Below, in pieces: positions 18,874 through 27,555 of a DNA stretch of 64,000 bases. Location: assembly GCA_034520665.1 (NCBI GenBank), contig JAXHNJ010000003.1:11057-75056 (forward strand), in the 5' to 3' direction. Position 1 is the first letter of the stretch. Every line of letters begins with the position of its first letter. Source of the DNA: Patescibacteria group bacterium (GTDB lineage Bacteria > Patescibacteriota > Patescibacteriia > JAXHNJ01). The notes beneath the pieces are model-generated. The model was not told the DNA's origin and did no database searches. It saw only the letters and a program-made list of their open reading frames with translations. The position numbers and the translations under genes are program-made.

Positions 18874-19143
18874 TCATAACTTTTTGGTCAGAACCGGGAG
18901 TCGGGGCCCCTGACCAGGCCTGATACCGGCTACAATTTTATTAAAAACTTTCTTATAATTAGTATAGCCAGCCCGCAGTATAAACTCAGCTTCACCGGGT
19001 CTGTGAAAACTAGAGATTTCCTGTTCAACCCGTCCATGCTCTTTTAGCCAGCCTCGAGCCAGGTTCAACCGGCCAAAAAGATTAACCAAGCCAATATATC
19101 TAGCCTTGTTATAACCAGGTTCAAGAGCAGCTTTTACTGCCAT
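18874..19143 (-). CDS. hypothetical protein or gene remnant
   Basis: 89-aa ORF with GAGGAG upstream; no recognisable motif. Confidence 0.35.
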   Translation of the reverse strand: MAVKAALEPGYNKARYIGLVNLFGRLNLARGWLKEHGRVEQEISSFHRPGEAEFILRAGYTNYKKVFNKIVAGIRPGQGPRLPVLTKKL

Positions 19144-19296
19144 AAATCCCGGCTCCTCACATCGTCACTTTTCAGGTCATCTTTATGCGGATAAATTATC
19201 CGCAGATCTCCGGCCTCATTTAGAGACTAAAAACTTAATATCTTAATGTCCAATATCTCGATATCTTAATATCTAATAACTCAACAACTTAATTAA

Positions 19297-20655
19297 CTAA
19301 TCAACCAACCTTTCCCCGACTTTATAAATATCCCCGGCTCCAACAATAAATATAACGTCGCCTTTTTTAATAATTTTCTTAATCAGTTTTTCAGTATATT
19401 TTAAATTCTTAGCGTAATAAACCTGATCTTTTTTAGCCATCACTTCACGGACAATATCCTGCGAAGAAACACCTTGGTCTTTTTTCTTTTCCCGTCCCTT
19501 AACTTCAAATATTTCGGGCACAATCAAGACATCAACTTTTTTTAAAACACGGACAAAATCATTGAACAAATTTTTGGTGCGGTTATGCTGATGGGGCTGA
19601 AAAACAAAAACTAGTCTTTTTTGGGGATACTTTTGGCGGGCCGCCTTAATTAAATTTTCCACTTCAGTTGGATGATGAGCATAGTCAGAAACAACCGGTC
19701 CACCGGCAAACTGACCAATGATTTCAAACCTTCGCCAAGTGCCCTTAAAACTTTCTAATGATTTTTTAATTATTTTTTTGTCAATACCCAACTCGCTAGC
19801 CAGACTAAAAGCGGCTAAGGCGTTAAAAACATTATAAGTACCGGGCAACTTTAAACTTATTTTAGTATTTTCAATTTTAAAACTAGTTGTTTTTGTACTG
19901 GTTTTAATATTTTTAGCCTGGTAATCTCCTTTTTTCAAACCAAAACTAATTATATTACCTTTAAAATTATGAGCCACTTTTTTAACATTCTTATCATCAG
20001 TATTTATGACTAAGGTTCCAGATAAGGTCAGATTTTCAATATATTTTTTAAAAGTCCTGATAATATCCTCCATATTTTTGTAAGTGTCCAGGTGATCTTT
20101 TTCCAGATTATTCAAAACAATATAATCCGGATAATAATTAAGCATAGCCCGGGCGTATTCATCGGCTTCAATGACTACAAAATTTGACTGACCCAGCCGA
20201 GCGTTGCCTTCTAGCTCGGGTAAATATGAACCGACAATAAAAGTCGGGTCAAAACCAGCCTTTTTTAAAACCCGGGCCATCATAGCCGTAGTGGTTGTTT
20301 TGCCGTGAGTGCCAGAGACGCAAATAAGCTTTTTATCAGCCGTAAACTGGCCTAAAGCCTGAGGATAGGATAACTCTTCTATATTATTTTTTTCAGCTTT
20401 ATTTCTCTCAATATTATCAACCGGTATAGCTTCGGAAAAGACTAATAAATCAGTATCTTTGGCTAAATTTCGGCCTTTATGAGCACCAATCTTTATCTTG
20501 GCTCCGGCCTTTTTAAGTCCTTTAGTTACTATTGATTCCGTCAGATCGGATCCGGAAACCTCTTTACCCATATCCAAACATATTCTAGCCAAACCAGAAA
20601 TACCAATACCAGAGATTCCAACAAAATGAATTTTTTTTGCCTTAGTTATATTCAT
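19297..20655 (-). CDS. murC: UDP-N-acetylmuramate--L-alanine ligase
   Basis: HFVGISGIGISGLA, GTHGKTTT, EADEY, DYAHHPTE, FQPH. Confidence 0.97.
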   Translation of the reverse strand: MNITKAKKIHFVGISGIGISGLARICLDMGKEVSGSDLTESIVTKGLKKAGAKIKIGAHKGRNLAKDTDLLVFSEAIPVDNIERNKAEKNNIEELSYPQALGQFTADKKLICVSGTHGKTTTTAMMARVLKKAGFDPTFIVGSYLPELEGNARLGQSNFVVIEADEYARAMLNYYPDYIVLNNLEKDHLDTYKNMEDIIRTFKKYIENLTLSGTLVINTDDKNVKKVAHNFKGNIISFGLKKGDYQAKNIKTSTKTTSFKIENTKISLKLPGTYNVFNALAAFSLASELGIDKKIIKKSLESFKGTWRRFEIIGQFAGGPVVSDYAHHPTEVENLIKAARQKYPQKRLVFVFQPHQHNRTKNLFNDFVRVLKKVDVLIVPEIFEVKGREKKKDQGVSSQDIVREVMAKKDQVYYAKNLKYTEKLIKKIIKKGDVIFIVGAGDIYKVGERLVD

Positions 20656-20659
20656 TATA

Positions 20660-21754
20660 TTAAAAATTATTATTAATCACTGCCAGTATAAGATCAGCTA
20701 CTTTAGAAGAAGCCTTGACTTGATAAAAACTTTTTATATTTTGGCTTAACTCGTTCAGTTTTCTTTTATGGGTTAAAAGCCCTTTAATACTACTTAAAAG
20801 AAGTTTTGGATTGAGCAAATTTTCACGGATCACAAAAACAGCATTTTCCTTCTCATAAAAGCGGGCGTTTTCTTCCTGGTGCGAATTAAATATAGGAATA
20901 ATAATGGCTGGTTTACCTAAAGCTGACAATTCGGACAAGGCACAAAGTCCAGCCCGCGAAACGACTAGATCGGCCGCCGCCAAAGCGTGATTCATATTAC
21001 TGGTTAAAAATTCAAATGATTTATAATTTTCATGATTGATACCAGCATCTTTTTTACCTTGGCCGGTTAGATGAATTATTTGAAAATTTTTCACCAGCTG
21101 GCCAGCAATCTTATTTATTACTTTATTTATCTTTAAAGCTCCGGTACCGCCACCTAAGACCAGAAGGATGGGTAAATCTTTTTTCAAACAGAAAATTTCA
21201 CAGGCCTTTTTTTTAGTGCCGCTCAAGATATCTTTTCTAATGGGATTGCCCGTTAAAACCGTTTTTGGCCGGGGAAATTCCAGCAGTGATTTTTTAAAAG
21301 TTACCGTGATTTTATCCGCTTTTTTTTCGGTTAATTTATTAGCCAGGCCTTTTCGAATGTCCTGCTGGTGAATTATAACTGGTATATTATACTTTTTAGC
21401 GGCCCAGATCACCGGCACCGCTACGTAGCCCCCGGCTGAAAAAACTATATCTGGCTGTGTTATTTTAAGAATATCCCGAGCCTGTTTATAGCCTTTTAAA
21501 ATATTAACCGGGTCAGTTAAATTTTTTATTGATAAATATCGACGTAATTTGCCGGCTGGAATATTTTTAAAAGAAATATTATAAAAAGAGGTAATCTTTT
21601 TTTCCGGTCCTTTTTTGGTACCAATAAAAAGAAAGTCTGTGTCAACTTTTCTTTGTTTTAACTCCTGGTAAACAGCCACCAAAGGCATAACTGAACCGGC
21701 CGTACCACCACCAGTTAGAATTATTTTAATTTCTTTTTTCTTTTCTTTTTTCAT
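20660..21754 (-). CDS. murG: undecaprenyl-PP-MurNAc-pentapeptide GlcNAc transferase
   Basis: GGGTAGSV, GGYVAVP, TGNPIR, SRAG, HQEENA. Confidence 0.96.
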   Translation of the reverse strand: MKKEKKKEIKIILTGGGTAGSVMPLVAVYQELKQRKVDTDFLFIGTKKGPEKKITSFYNISFKNIPAGKLRRYLSIKNLTDPVNILKGYKQARDILKITQPDIVFSAGGYVAVPVIWAAKKYNIPVIIHQQDIRKGLANKLTEKKADKITVTFKKSLLEFPRPKTVLTGNPIRKDILSGTKKKACEIFCLKKDLPILLVLGGGTGALKINKVINKIAGQLVKNFQIIHLTGQGKKDAGINHENYKSFEFLTSNMNHALAAADLVVSRAGLCALSELSALGKPAIIIPIFNSHQEENARFYEKENAVFVIRENLLNPKLLLSSIKGLLTHKRKLNELSQNIKSFYQVKASSKVADLILAVINNNF

Positions 21755-21787
21755 TGTCTAAAAGTTTATAATTCTAAGTTTATAAAA

Positions 21788-22909
21788 TCATGTCCAAAAA
21801 CTCCTACTTTCTTGACTATACTTAGATATATTAACAAGTATACCAATAGCCGCCAAGCTAACTACCAGCGAAGAGCCACCCTGGCTGATAAAAGGCAAAG
21901 GGATGCCGGTTAAAGGCAGAATGCCAGTCATGGCTCCAATATTTATCATGGCTTGAAATGTAAACCAGGCCGTGATGCCAGCAGCTAAAATTTTAGCAAA
22001 ATTATTGGGCGCCCCTTTAGCAATTTTAAAACCACGAAACATAAAAATTAAAAATAAACCAATTAATATAACCACAAAAATAAAACCAAGCTCTTCGGCA
22101 ATAACCGCAAAAATAGAGTCCGAAGAAGCCTGAGGTAAATAATTAAACTTTTGCCTAGAGTGACCCAGACCCAAGCCTAAAAGACCGCCCGAACCAATAG
22201 CTAAAAGTGCTTGATTTATATGGTAACCAATACCCTGAGGATCTAATTCCGGATTTAAAAAAACAGTAAAGCGTTGCAAACGATACGGAGCCACTCTAAT
22301 CAGTAAGGCTAATAGGCCGCCGGCTCCCAAGCCAATTAAAGTTAAATGCAAAAAAGGAGCCCCGGCCACTACATAACAGCTTAAAGCTATAATACCGATA
22401 ACGGTCATGGTACCCAAATCAGGCTGAGACATAATTAAAGTAGTCATAATAGCCAGAATTATAATAAAAGGCCAAAAACCGGCTGAGAAATCCTTTATTT
22501 TGTCCCCTCTTTTGTCCAGCCAAGTAGCTAAATAGATTAAGAATGTTAGTTTAGCAATTTCCGAGGGCTGAAAAAATATAGGGCCAATCTTAATCCAACG
22601 ATTAGCTCCCAATAAACCAGCACCCATTCCGGGAATAAAAACACTAATTAATAAAACTAATGTGACAATAATTATTGGAAAGGCAAATTTTTGCCAGACT
22701 GAATAATGGGTACGAGACATTATGACAAAAAAGAAAATACCAATAACAAAAGCCACTAGTTGATTTTTGACAAAATGATTAGGGTCACCAAATTTTTGAA
22801 AACCCTCAACTGAACTGGCTGAAGAAAGCATAACCAAGCCAAAAATAACAATAATAGCTATAATAGCTATCAAAAAATAATCCTGTTCTTTCTCTAATCT
22901 TCGGCTCAT
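21788..22909 (-). CDS. ftsW: SEDS peptidoglycan polymerase FtsW
   Basis: QPSEIAK, QPDLGT, GSGGLLGLGLG, TGIPLPFISQGGSS; dcw context. Confidence 0.95.
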   Translation of the reverse strand: MSRRLEKEQDYFLIAIIAIIVIFGLVMLSSASSVEGFQKFGDPNHFVKNQLVAFVIGIFFFVIMSRTHYSVWQKFAFPIIIVTLVLLISVFIPGMGAGLLGANRWIKIGPIFFQPSEIAKLTFLIYLATWLDKRGDKIKDFSAGFWPFIIILAIMTTLIMSQPDLGTMTVIGIIALSCYVVAGAPFLHLTLIGLGAGGLLALLIRVAPYRLQRFTVFLNPELDPQGIGYHINQALLAIGSGGLLGLGLGHSRQKFNYLPQASSDSIFAVIAEELGFIFVVILIGLFLIFMFRGFKIAKGAPNNFAKILAAGITAWFTFQAMINIGAMTGILPLTGIPLPFISQGGSSLVVSLAAIGILVNISKYSQESRSFWT

Positions 22910-22912
22910 AGA

Positions 22913-24301
22913 TTAAATATTTTTGTAGACTGTCTTAAATCGGTCTCCCCGGTCAAATTCATGTTTAAATAAACCAAAGCTAGCCGCACCTGGTGAAAGC
23001 AAGATTATATCTCCTTCCTCGGCCTCTTTTAAAGCCAGCAAAATGGCTTTTTTCATGTTTTTTATATTATCAAGACATCTAGTTTTTTTTATGGTCTTTT
23101 CTATTTTATCACTGGCTTTTCCTTTAAATAAAATACTGAGTTTACAGTATTTATCAATATATTTTCCCATTAAATAATAATCAAGGTTTTTATCAGCCCC
23201 GCCGGCCAGTAATATAATATTTTTATGATCAGTATTGCCTAATGTTTTTAAAGCTGAAATAGCGGCCTGAGGTACAGTAGCTGTGGTATCATTATAAAAT
23301 TTTATTTCTTTTTTTTGTCCTAAAAACTCCAAGCGGTCTGGCAGACCTTTAAATTTTTTAATCACTTTTTCTATTTTTTTATTGGGTATTTTTAAAATTT
23401 TACCTAAACAGCTAGCAGCTAAAAAATATTCCAGATTATGTTCAGGCTTAATTTCCATATTTTCAATAGAAAAAATTTTTTCTTTTTTTGAACGGTTTAT
23501 AAAATAAATATTCTCATCAATAATAGTGGTTCCGTGCTTAACAATTTTTTTTGAAGAAAAATAACATAATTGACTAGGGGTTTTTTTTGTCATCTGTCGT
23601 GTGTAGGTATTATCTGCATTGACTATGGCCCAGTCATTTTTGTTTTGAAATTTTAAGATCAAATTTTTAGCCTTAACATAATCATCCATGGAGTCATAAC
23701 GGTTTAAATGTTCTGGCATAATATTAGTAATCAGGGCCATATGAGGGGATTTTTTTAAATGAGACATACCCTCTAAATGCCAAGAAGAAAGTTCTAAAAC
23801 TACTTTTGTCGTTTTTTTTATTCCTGCCAAAACATCTAGCATTAAATAGTCCCGGATATTTCCGGCTATGACCGTATCCTGGTAATGACTTTTGACTAAT
23901 TTATAGATAAGATAAGAAAGAGTGCTTTTGCCTTTAGAGCCGGTAACCCCAATAATGGGAGCCGGGCAGAGTCGAAAAAAAAGACTGGCTTCGTTTTCAA
24001 GAGGAATATTATTTGTTTTAGCCAGTTTTATATATTTTGAATTACTAGGCACACTGGGATTTCGTATTATTAAATCTGCTTTTTTAAAATCTTTTTCCCG
24101 GTGTCCCCCTAAAACATATTCAATTTCTCCATTATTAATTTTATCTAGCGATACTTTAAGCTCTGCTTTGGTTTTTAAATCAGTCACTAAAACTTTAGCT
24201 TTTTGCTTTAAAAGCCAGTTAACTACTGAGACTCCCCCGCCGTGCAAGCCTAAACCCATAACCAGAACTTTTTTATTTTTCAGATTATTAAAATCAATCA
24301 T
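22913..24301 (-). CDS. murD: UDP-MurNAc-L-Ala--D-glutamate ligase
   Basis: MGLGLHGGG, GVTGSKGKST, ELSSW, YNDTTAT, LSPGAASF. Confidence 0.96.
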   Translation of the reverse strand: MIDFNNLKNKKVLVMGLGLHGGGVSVVNWLLKQKAKVLVTDLKTKAELKVSLDKINNGEIEYVLGGHREKDFKKADLIIRNPSVPSNSKYIKLAKTNNIPLENEASLFFRLCPAPIIGVTGSKGKSTLSYLIYKLVKSHYQDTVIAGNIRDYLMLDVLAGIKKTTKVVLELSSWHLEGMSHLKKSPHMALITNIMPEHLNRYDSMDDYVKAKNLILKFQNKNDWAIVNADNTYTRQMTKKTPSQLCYFSSKKIVKHGTTIIDENIYFINRSKKEKIFSIENMEIKPEHNLEYFLAASCLGKILKIPNKKIEKVIKKFKGLPDRLEFLGQKKEIKFYNDTTATVPQAAISALKTLGNTDHKNIILLAGGADKNLDYYLMGKYIDKYCKLSILFKGKASDKIEKTIKKTRCLDNIKNMKKAILLALKEAEEGDIILLSPGAASFGLFKHEFDRGDRFKTVYKNI

Positions 24302-24420
24302 CTTAAGTACATTATAAATAAAATACCGTTTTTTTTCAACTTATATCATTTATTGAAGACAACAATAAGGTAAAGCAGACTAAGTGTTCTACCTTGCTTT
24401 TCTGTTATAAAAAATTATTT

Positions 24421-25176
24421 TTATTTTTCTTCTCTCCCTCTCGCCTTAAAATAAGCGCAATAATCACAATCTGGATCAGCGGCTGGAATATTATCACTAT
24501 TTAAACACTGATAAATATTTTTAATAGTTTTATCGACCCATTTGTCCGATCCCTGATAAGGTATCAAATTAACCCGAAACTCTAACTTTTTATCAAAAGC
24601 TTTTTTATCAGCTATACCATTACAGTAAACAAAATAACCGGTGTTAGAAACTTTATAACCGTTTTTTCGTAAAAGCCATTGGTAAACTTCCATTTGCCTT
24701 TTATAACTGTCATGCCAATCTTTATTTAATTCAGTGATTTCATCTTTTTTAGCGGTGGCTTTATAATCCACTACTATATATTCCTTTTGTGGATTTATCC
24801 AAAGATCATCAATGGCCCCAAATATAACCAAATTAGTTTCCTGGTCATGATACTGCACACCCGTAAAATTATGACGGTATTTATCTAATTTATCGTCTTC
24901 TACTGGTCTGGCTTTAATTCCGTATTCTTTTTGCAGAGGATGCTGAGTGCCTTTAACCCGATGAATATCAAATTCTTGTTTTAAAAGCCTATCCACAGCC
25001 GCGTTTAAAGCAAAAGGATAGCCTGGGGGTCGGCCTACCCCCAAAACTCGGTCCAGATAAAAACACTTCGGACATTCCATAAATAAATCAATTTTAGAGC
25101 GAGATAACTTAAAGGGTTTTTTCATATCCGGTTTATAAAGATTGCTTTTTCTCTTAGGATTGTAATATTTTGACAT
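24421..25176 (-). CDS. stand-alone PD-(D/E)XK nuclease (RecB/Cas4/AddB-like)
   Basis: LSRSKI..CPKCFY, GAIDDL, VVDYKAT, RQMEVY, CDYC. Confidence 0.88.
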   Translation of the reverse strand: MSKYYNPKRKSNLYKPDMKKPFKLSRSKIDLFMECPKCFYLDRVLGVGRPPGYPFALNAAVDRLLKQEFDIHRVKGTQHPLQKEYGIKARPVEDDKLDKYRHNFTGVQYHDQETNLVIFGAIDDLWINPQKEYIVVDYKATAKKDEITELNKDWHDSYKRQMEVYQWLLRKNGYKVSNTGYFVYCNGIADKKAFDKKLEFRVNLIPYQGSDKWVDKTIKNIYQCLNSDNIPAADPDCDYCAYFKARGREEK

Positions 25177-25432
25177 GGTTATATTATATATTATTTATAC
25201 TAAATAATAAAGTAATTTATTTATTTAATAAAATTTGATTAAAAAAAAGACCCCGTCAATGTGATCTTGTCTAGATTAGAAATTAATGTTATTCAACAAG
25301 GAATTTATCCCAAAACATCTTTGAAACGAGAAATTATTTTTGTATAAATAAAAATTGAATGGACAAATTTTCTGAAGGCTAGTTAGGGCACTCTATTTTA
25401 AAACATCTAGCCGAATTATGAATGGTCGAAAA

Positions 25433-25715
25433 CCCGGAGGCAAGGATTCTATTTTTGATATTAGGCGGGATAAAGAATAAACCGCTAAACAAATTATTAA
25501 ACTTCTCAAATCCGAGAAGCGCGGATCTCCTGATCCGCGTCACCTTATTCGGTTGGATCAGGAGATCCAACCTTCTCGAGCAAAAATAGATTATTAAATC
25601 TCTAATTCACCGAGAAGCTCTGGCCCCCAGGCCTTGAGCTTAGTAAATATATTGCCAGAACCGGTCTGGGGACCAGTTCTTTTCGCGATAAAATAATAGA
25701 GTCTTTTAAAAAAGT
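25433..25715 (+). pseudogene. decayed fragments of two RAYT (TnpA-REP) paralogs, each containing a REP doublet
   Basis: the frame from 25433 reads PGGKDSIFDIRRD-KE*TAKQIIKLLKS...RAKI, aligning to PQGKNSISDIMRDFKEFTAKQIIKSL...SKI of the RAYT at 51.4-51.8 kb; 25588-25715 matches that RAYT at the nucleotide level. Confidence 0.8.
25512..25688 (+). repeat. 177-bp module of two GAAG-type REP doublets (copy 1)
   Basis: identical to 42477-42653; hairpins CGCGGATC-tcct-GATCCGCG, GTTGGATC-agga-GATCCAAC, GCTCTGGCC-ccca-GGCCTTGAGC, GAACCGGTC-tggg-GACCAGTTC. Confidence 0.9.
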
Positions 25716-25738
25716 TTTAAAAAAAACCGAAGATGAAT

Positions 25739-25899
25739 CTGGAGATAAATCTCCAGCTACGCGGAATGAGGATGGATTGAAAACCAAAGATAAATCAACA
25801 GCGGTTCAAAAAGAAGAAAAACCTTCTACTCAACGCGTAGGCAAAAGATTTATCTCCGCCTTTAAATAAAATCGCCTAGGCGGGAATCCCTATTCCCGC
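25739..25899. repeat. GTAG/CTAG-type REP copies (GTAG-CTGGAGATTTATCTCCAG family)
   Basis: copies at 25739-25760 (-), 25837-25859 (+) and 25876-25899 (+). Confidence 0.85.
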
Positions 25900-26068
25900 A
25901 ATACATTAACAATAATCATAACCTTAAAAAGAATATATTTAGCCAATCAATATTATTTTATAATCAAATTTTTACGACAAAAGCCTAGATGTTATTCGCT
26001 TCCTCAAAGATAAACCCACCTCTCAAAAAGAAGCGATCACTAAACACCTTAATCACTCAGTAACTCAA

Positions 26069-27118
26069 TCAACTCCCCTTATCCATCAAAAATAAAATTA
26101 CTCCGATAACGGCCATAACCGCGGCGACAATCCAAAAGCGCATCACTATTTTAGCTTCTGGCCAGCCAATCGCTTCAAGATGGTGATGAAGTGGAGCCGA
26201 TAAAAAAACTTTTCGCTTTCTTATTTTTTTGGAACAAACCTGGATAATGACCGAGCCAGACTCAATAACCAGAGGAAAGAGTATAATCGGCAAAAGTAAG
26301 GAGTAGTTAGTAAGCATGGCCACAATACCCAAGGTTATGCCCAGAGACATAGCTCCGGTATCACCCATAAAAAATCTGGCCGGTGGAATATTAAACCATA
26401 AAAAGGCAAATAATGAACCGGCAATAACCCCGCAAAAAGCCGCCAGGTCTGGTCTTCCCTGGACCAAAGCAATAGAGCCATAAGCCACAAAACCCACCAA
26501 TAAAATACCCCCGGCTAATCCATCCAAACCATCGGCTTCATTAGTAGAAAAAGCGGTAGCTACAATTATAAAAATAAAAATAGGCACATACCAAAGCCCA
26601 ATATCAAAATTGCCGATAAAAGGAACATGTATTGTAGTCCAGTCCAGTTTAAAGTAAAACCACATAGCCCCGACTAAAGCGATTAAAGTGTAAATTATCA
26701 AGCGCTGCCAAACCTTTAACCCACCACCGCCATTAGTACTTTTTACATCATAAATATCATCAACAAAGCCGACCACGGCGGCCGCTACCAGGACTCCCAA
26801 AGGTAACAGGGTTTCGGCCCTGGACAAAAAATTTAATTTATCTAAAAACTCGATATCAGTGATTTGAGAAATAAAATAAATAGCATAAATAAGAAAAAGC
26901 AAAGTTACCCAGATTAAAAGCCCGCCCATGGTCGGAGTGCCGCTTTTTTTCTGGTGCAAAGAAGAATAAACCGGGGTTTCTTTTTCGTTTCTAATTCTTT
27001 TGCCTAACTTATACTTGTATAAAAAATGAGTTAAAAGCGGGGTCCAGATAATAGTTATAATAAAAGAAATAGTGGTCAGAATAAATATTTTTATGGTTTC
27101 AAAATTGGTTTCAAACAT
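26069..27118 (-). CDS. mraY: phospho-N-acetylmuramoyl-pentapeptide transferase
   Basis: KSGTPTMGG, NEADGLDGLAGG, FMGDTG, APLHHHLE. Confidence 0.97.
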   Translation of the reverse strand: MFETNFETIKIFILTTISFIITIIWTPLLTHFLYKYKLGKRIRNEKETPVYSSLHQKKSGTPTMGGLLIWVTLLFLIYAIYFISQITDIEFLDKLNFLSRAETLLPLGVLVAAAVVGFVDDIYDVKSTNGGGGLKVWQRLIIYTLIALVGAMWFYFKLDWTTIHVPFIGNFDIGLWYVPIFIFIIVATAFSTNEADGLDGLAGGILLVGFVAYGSIALVQGRPDLAAFCGVIAGSLFAFLWFNIPPARFFMGDTGAMSLGITLGIVAMLTNYSLLLPIILFPLVIESGSVIIQVCSKKIRKRKVFLSAPLHHHLEAIGWPEAKIVMRFWIVAAVMAVIGVILFLMDKGS

Positions 27119-27132
27119 TATTTAATTTAATA

Positions 27133-27555
27133 TTATAGATTTTGAAATATAATAAATAAACTAGCTAGCCCTAAAAAAATTTGGATAACACTAGAAGAAA
27201 ATATTAAAATATAACTTAATATTTTTTCCTTGTGATAAATTATAATAGAAAAGAAAAAATTTATAAAGAAAATAATAAAACCAAATAATGGTAAAGCAAA
27301 AATTTTATACCAATCTCCAATTAGGTCGATGCCAAAATAAATGTTATAATGAAGAATAACCGGCTCTTGAGTGGGTTGAAACTGCATATAAAGTAAGAGC
27401 CAAACTACTAAATTTAAAATTAGTGAAATTATAAAATTAATAAGAAATATTTTGTTGGCAAACAAAACTCCTAATTCGGCCTCACCCCAAAAATCTCGGT
27501 TGAATACTTTCTTAAAAAAATATGAAAAGCTCTTGGTAATTTTATTCTTGAGCAT
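27133..27555 (-). CDS. three-TM hypothetical membrane protein; start uncertain
   Basis: ILHYNIYFGIDLIGDW loop between TM helices; directly upstream of mraY. Confidence 0.75.
   Translation of the reverse strand: MLKNKITKSFSYFFKKVFNRDFWGEAELGVLFANKIFLINFIISLILNLVVWLLLYMQFQPTQEPVILHYNIYFGIDLIGDWYKIFALPLFGFIIFFINFFFSIIIYHKEKILSYILIFSSSVIQIFLGLASLFIIFQNL

Noticed and set aside
19186-19203. GCGGATAA-A-TTATCCGC palindrome as a REP
   Set aside because: Single copy without a GTAG/GAAG guide, lying in what looks like decayed coding sequence.
24421-25176. cas4 of a CRISPR-Cas locus
   Set aside because: No other cas genes or array, and the cysteines are arranged 2+2 rather than the usual Cas4 1+3.
25588-25715. 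DGR template/variable repeat pair with the RAYT gene
   Set aside because: Differences are not adenine-specific, include an indel, and no reverse transcriptase is present.
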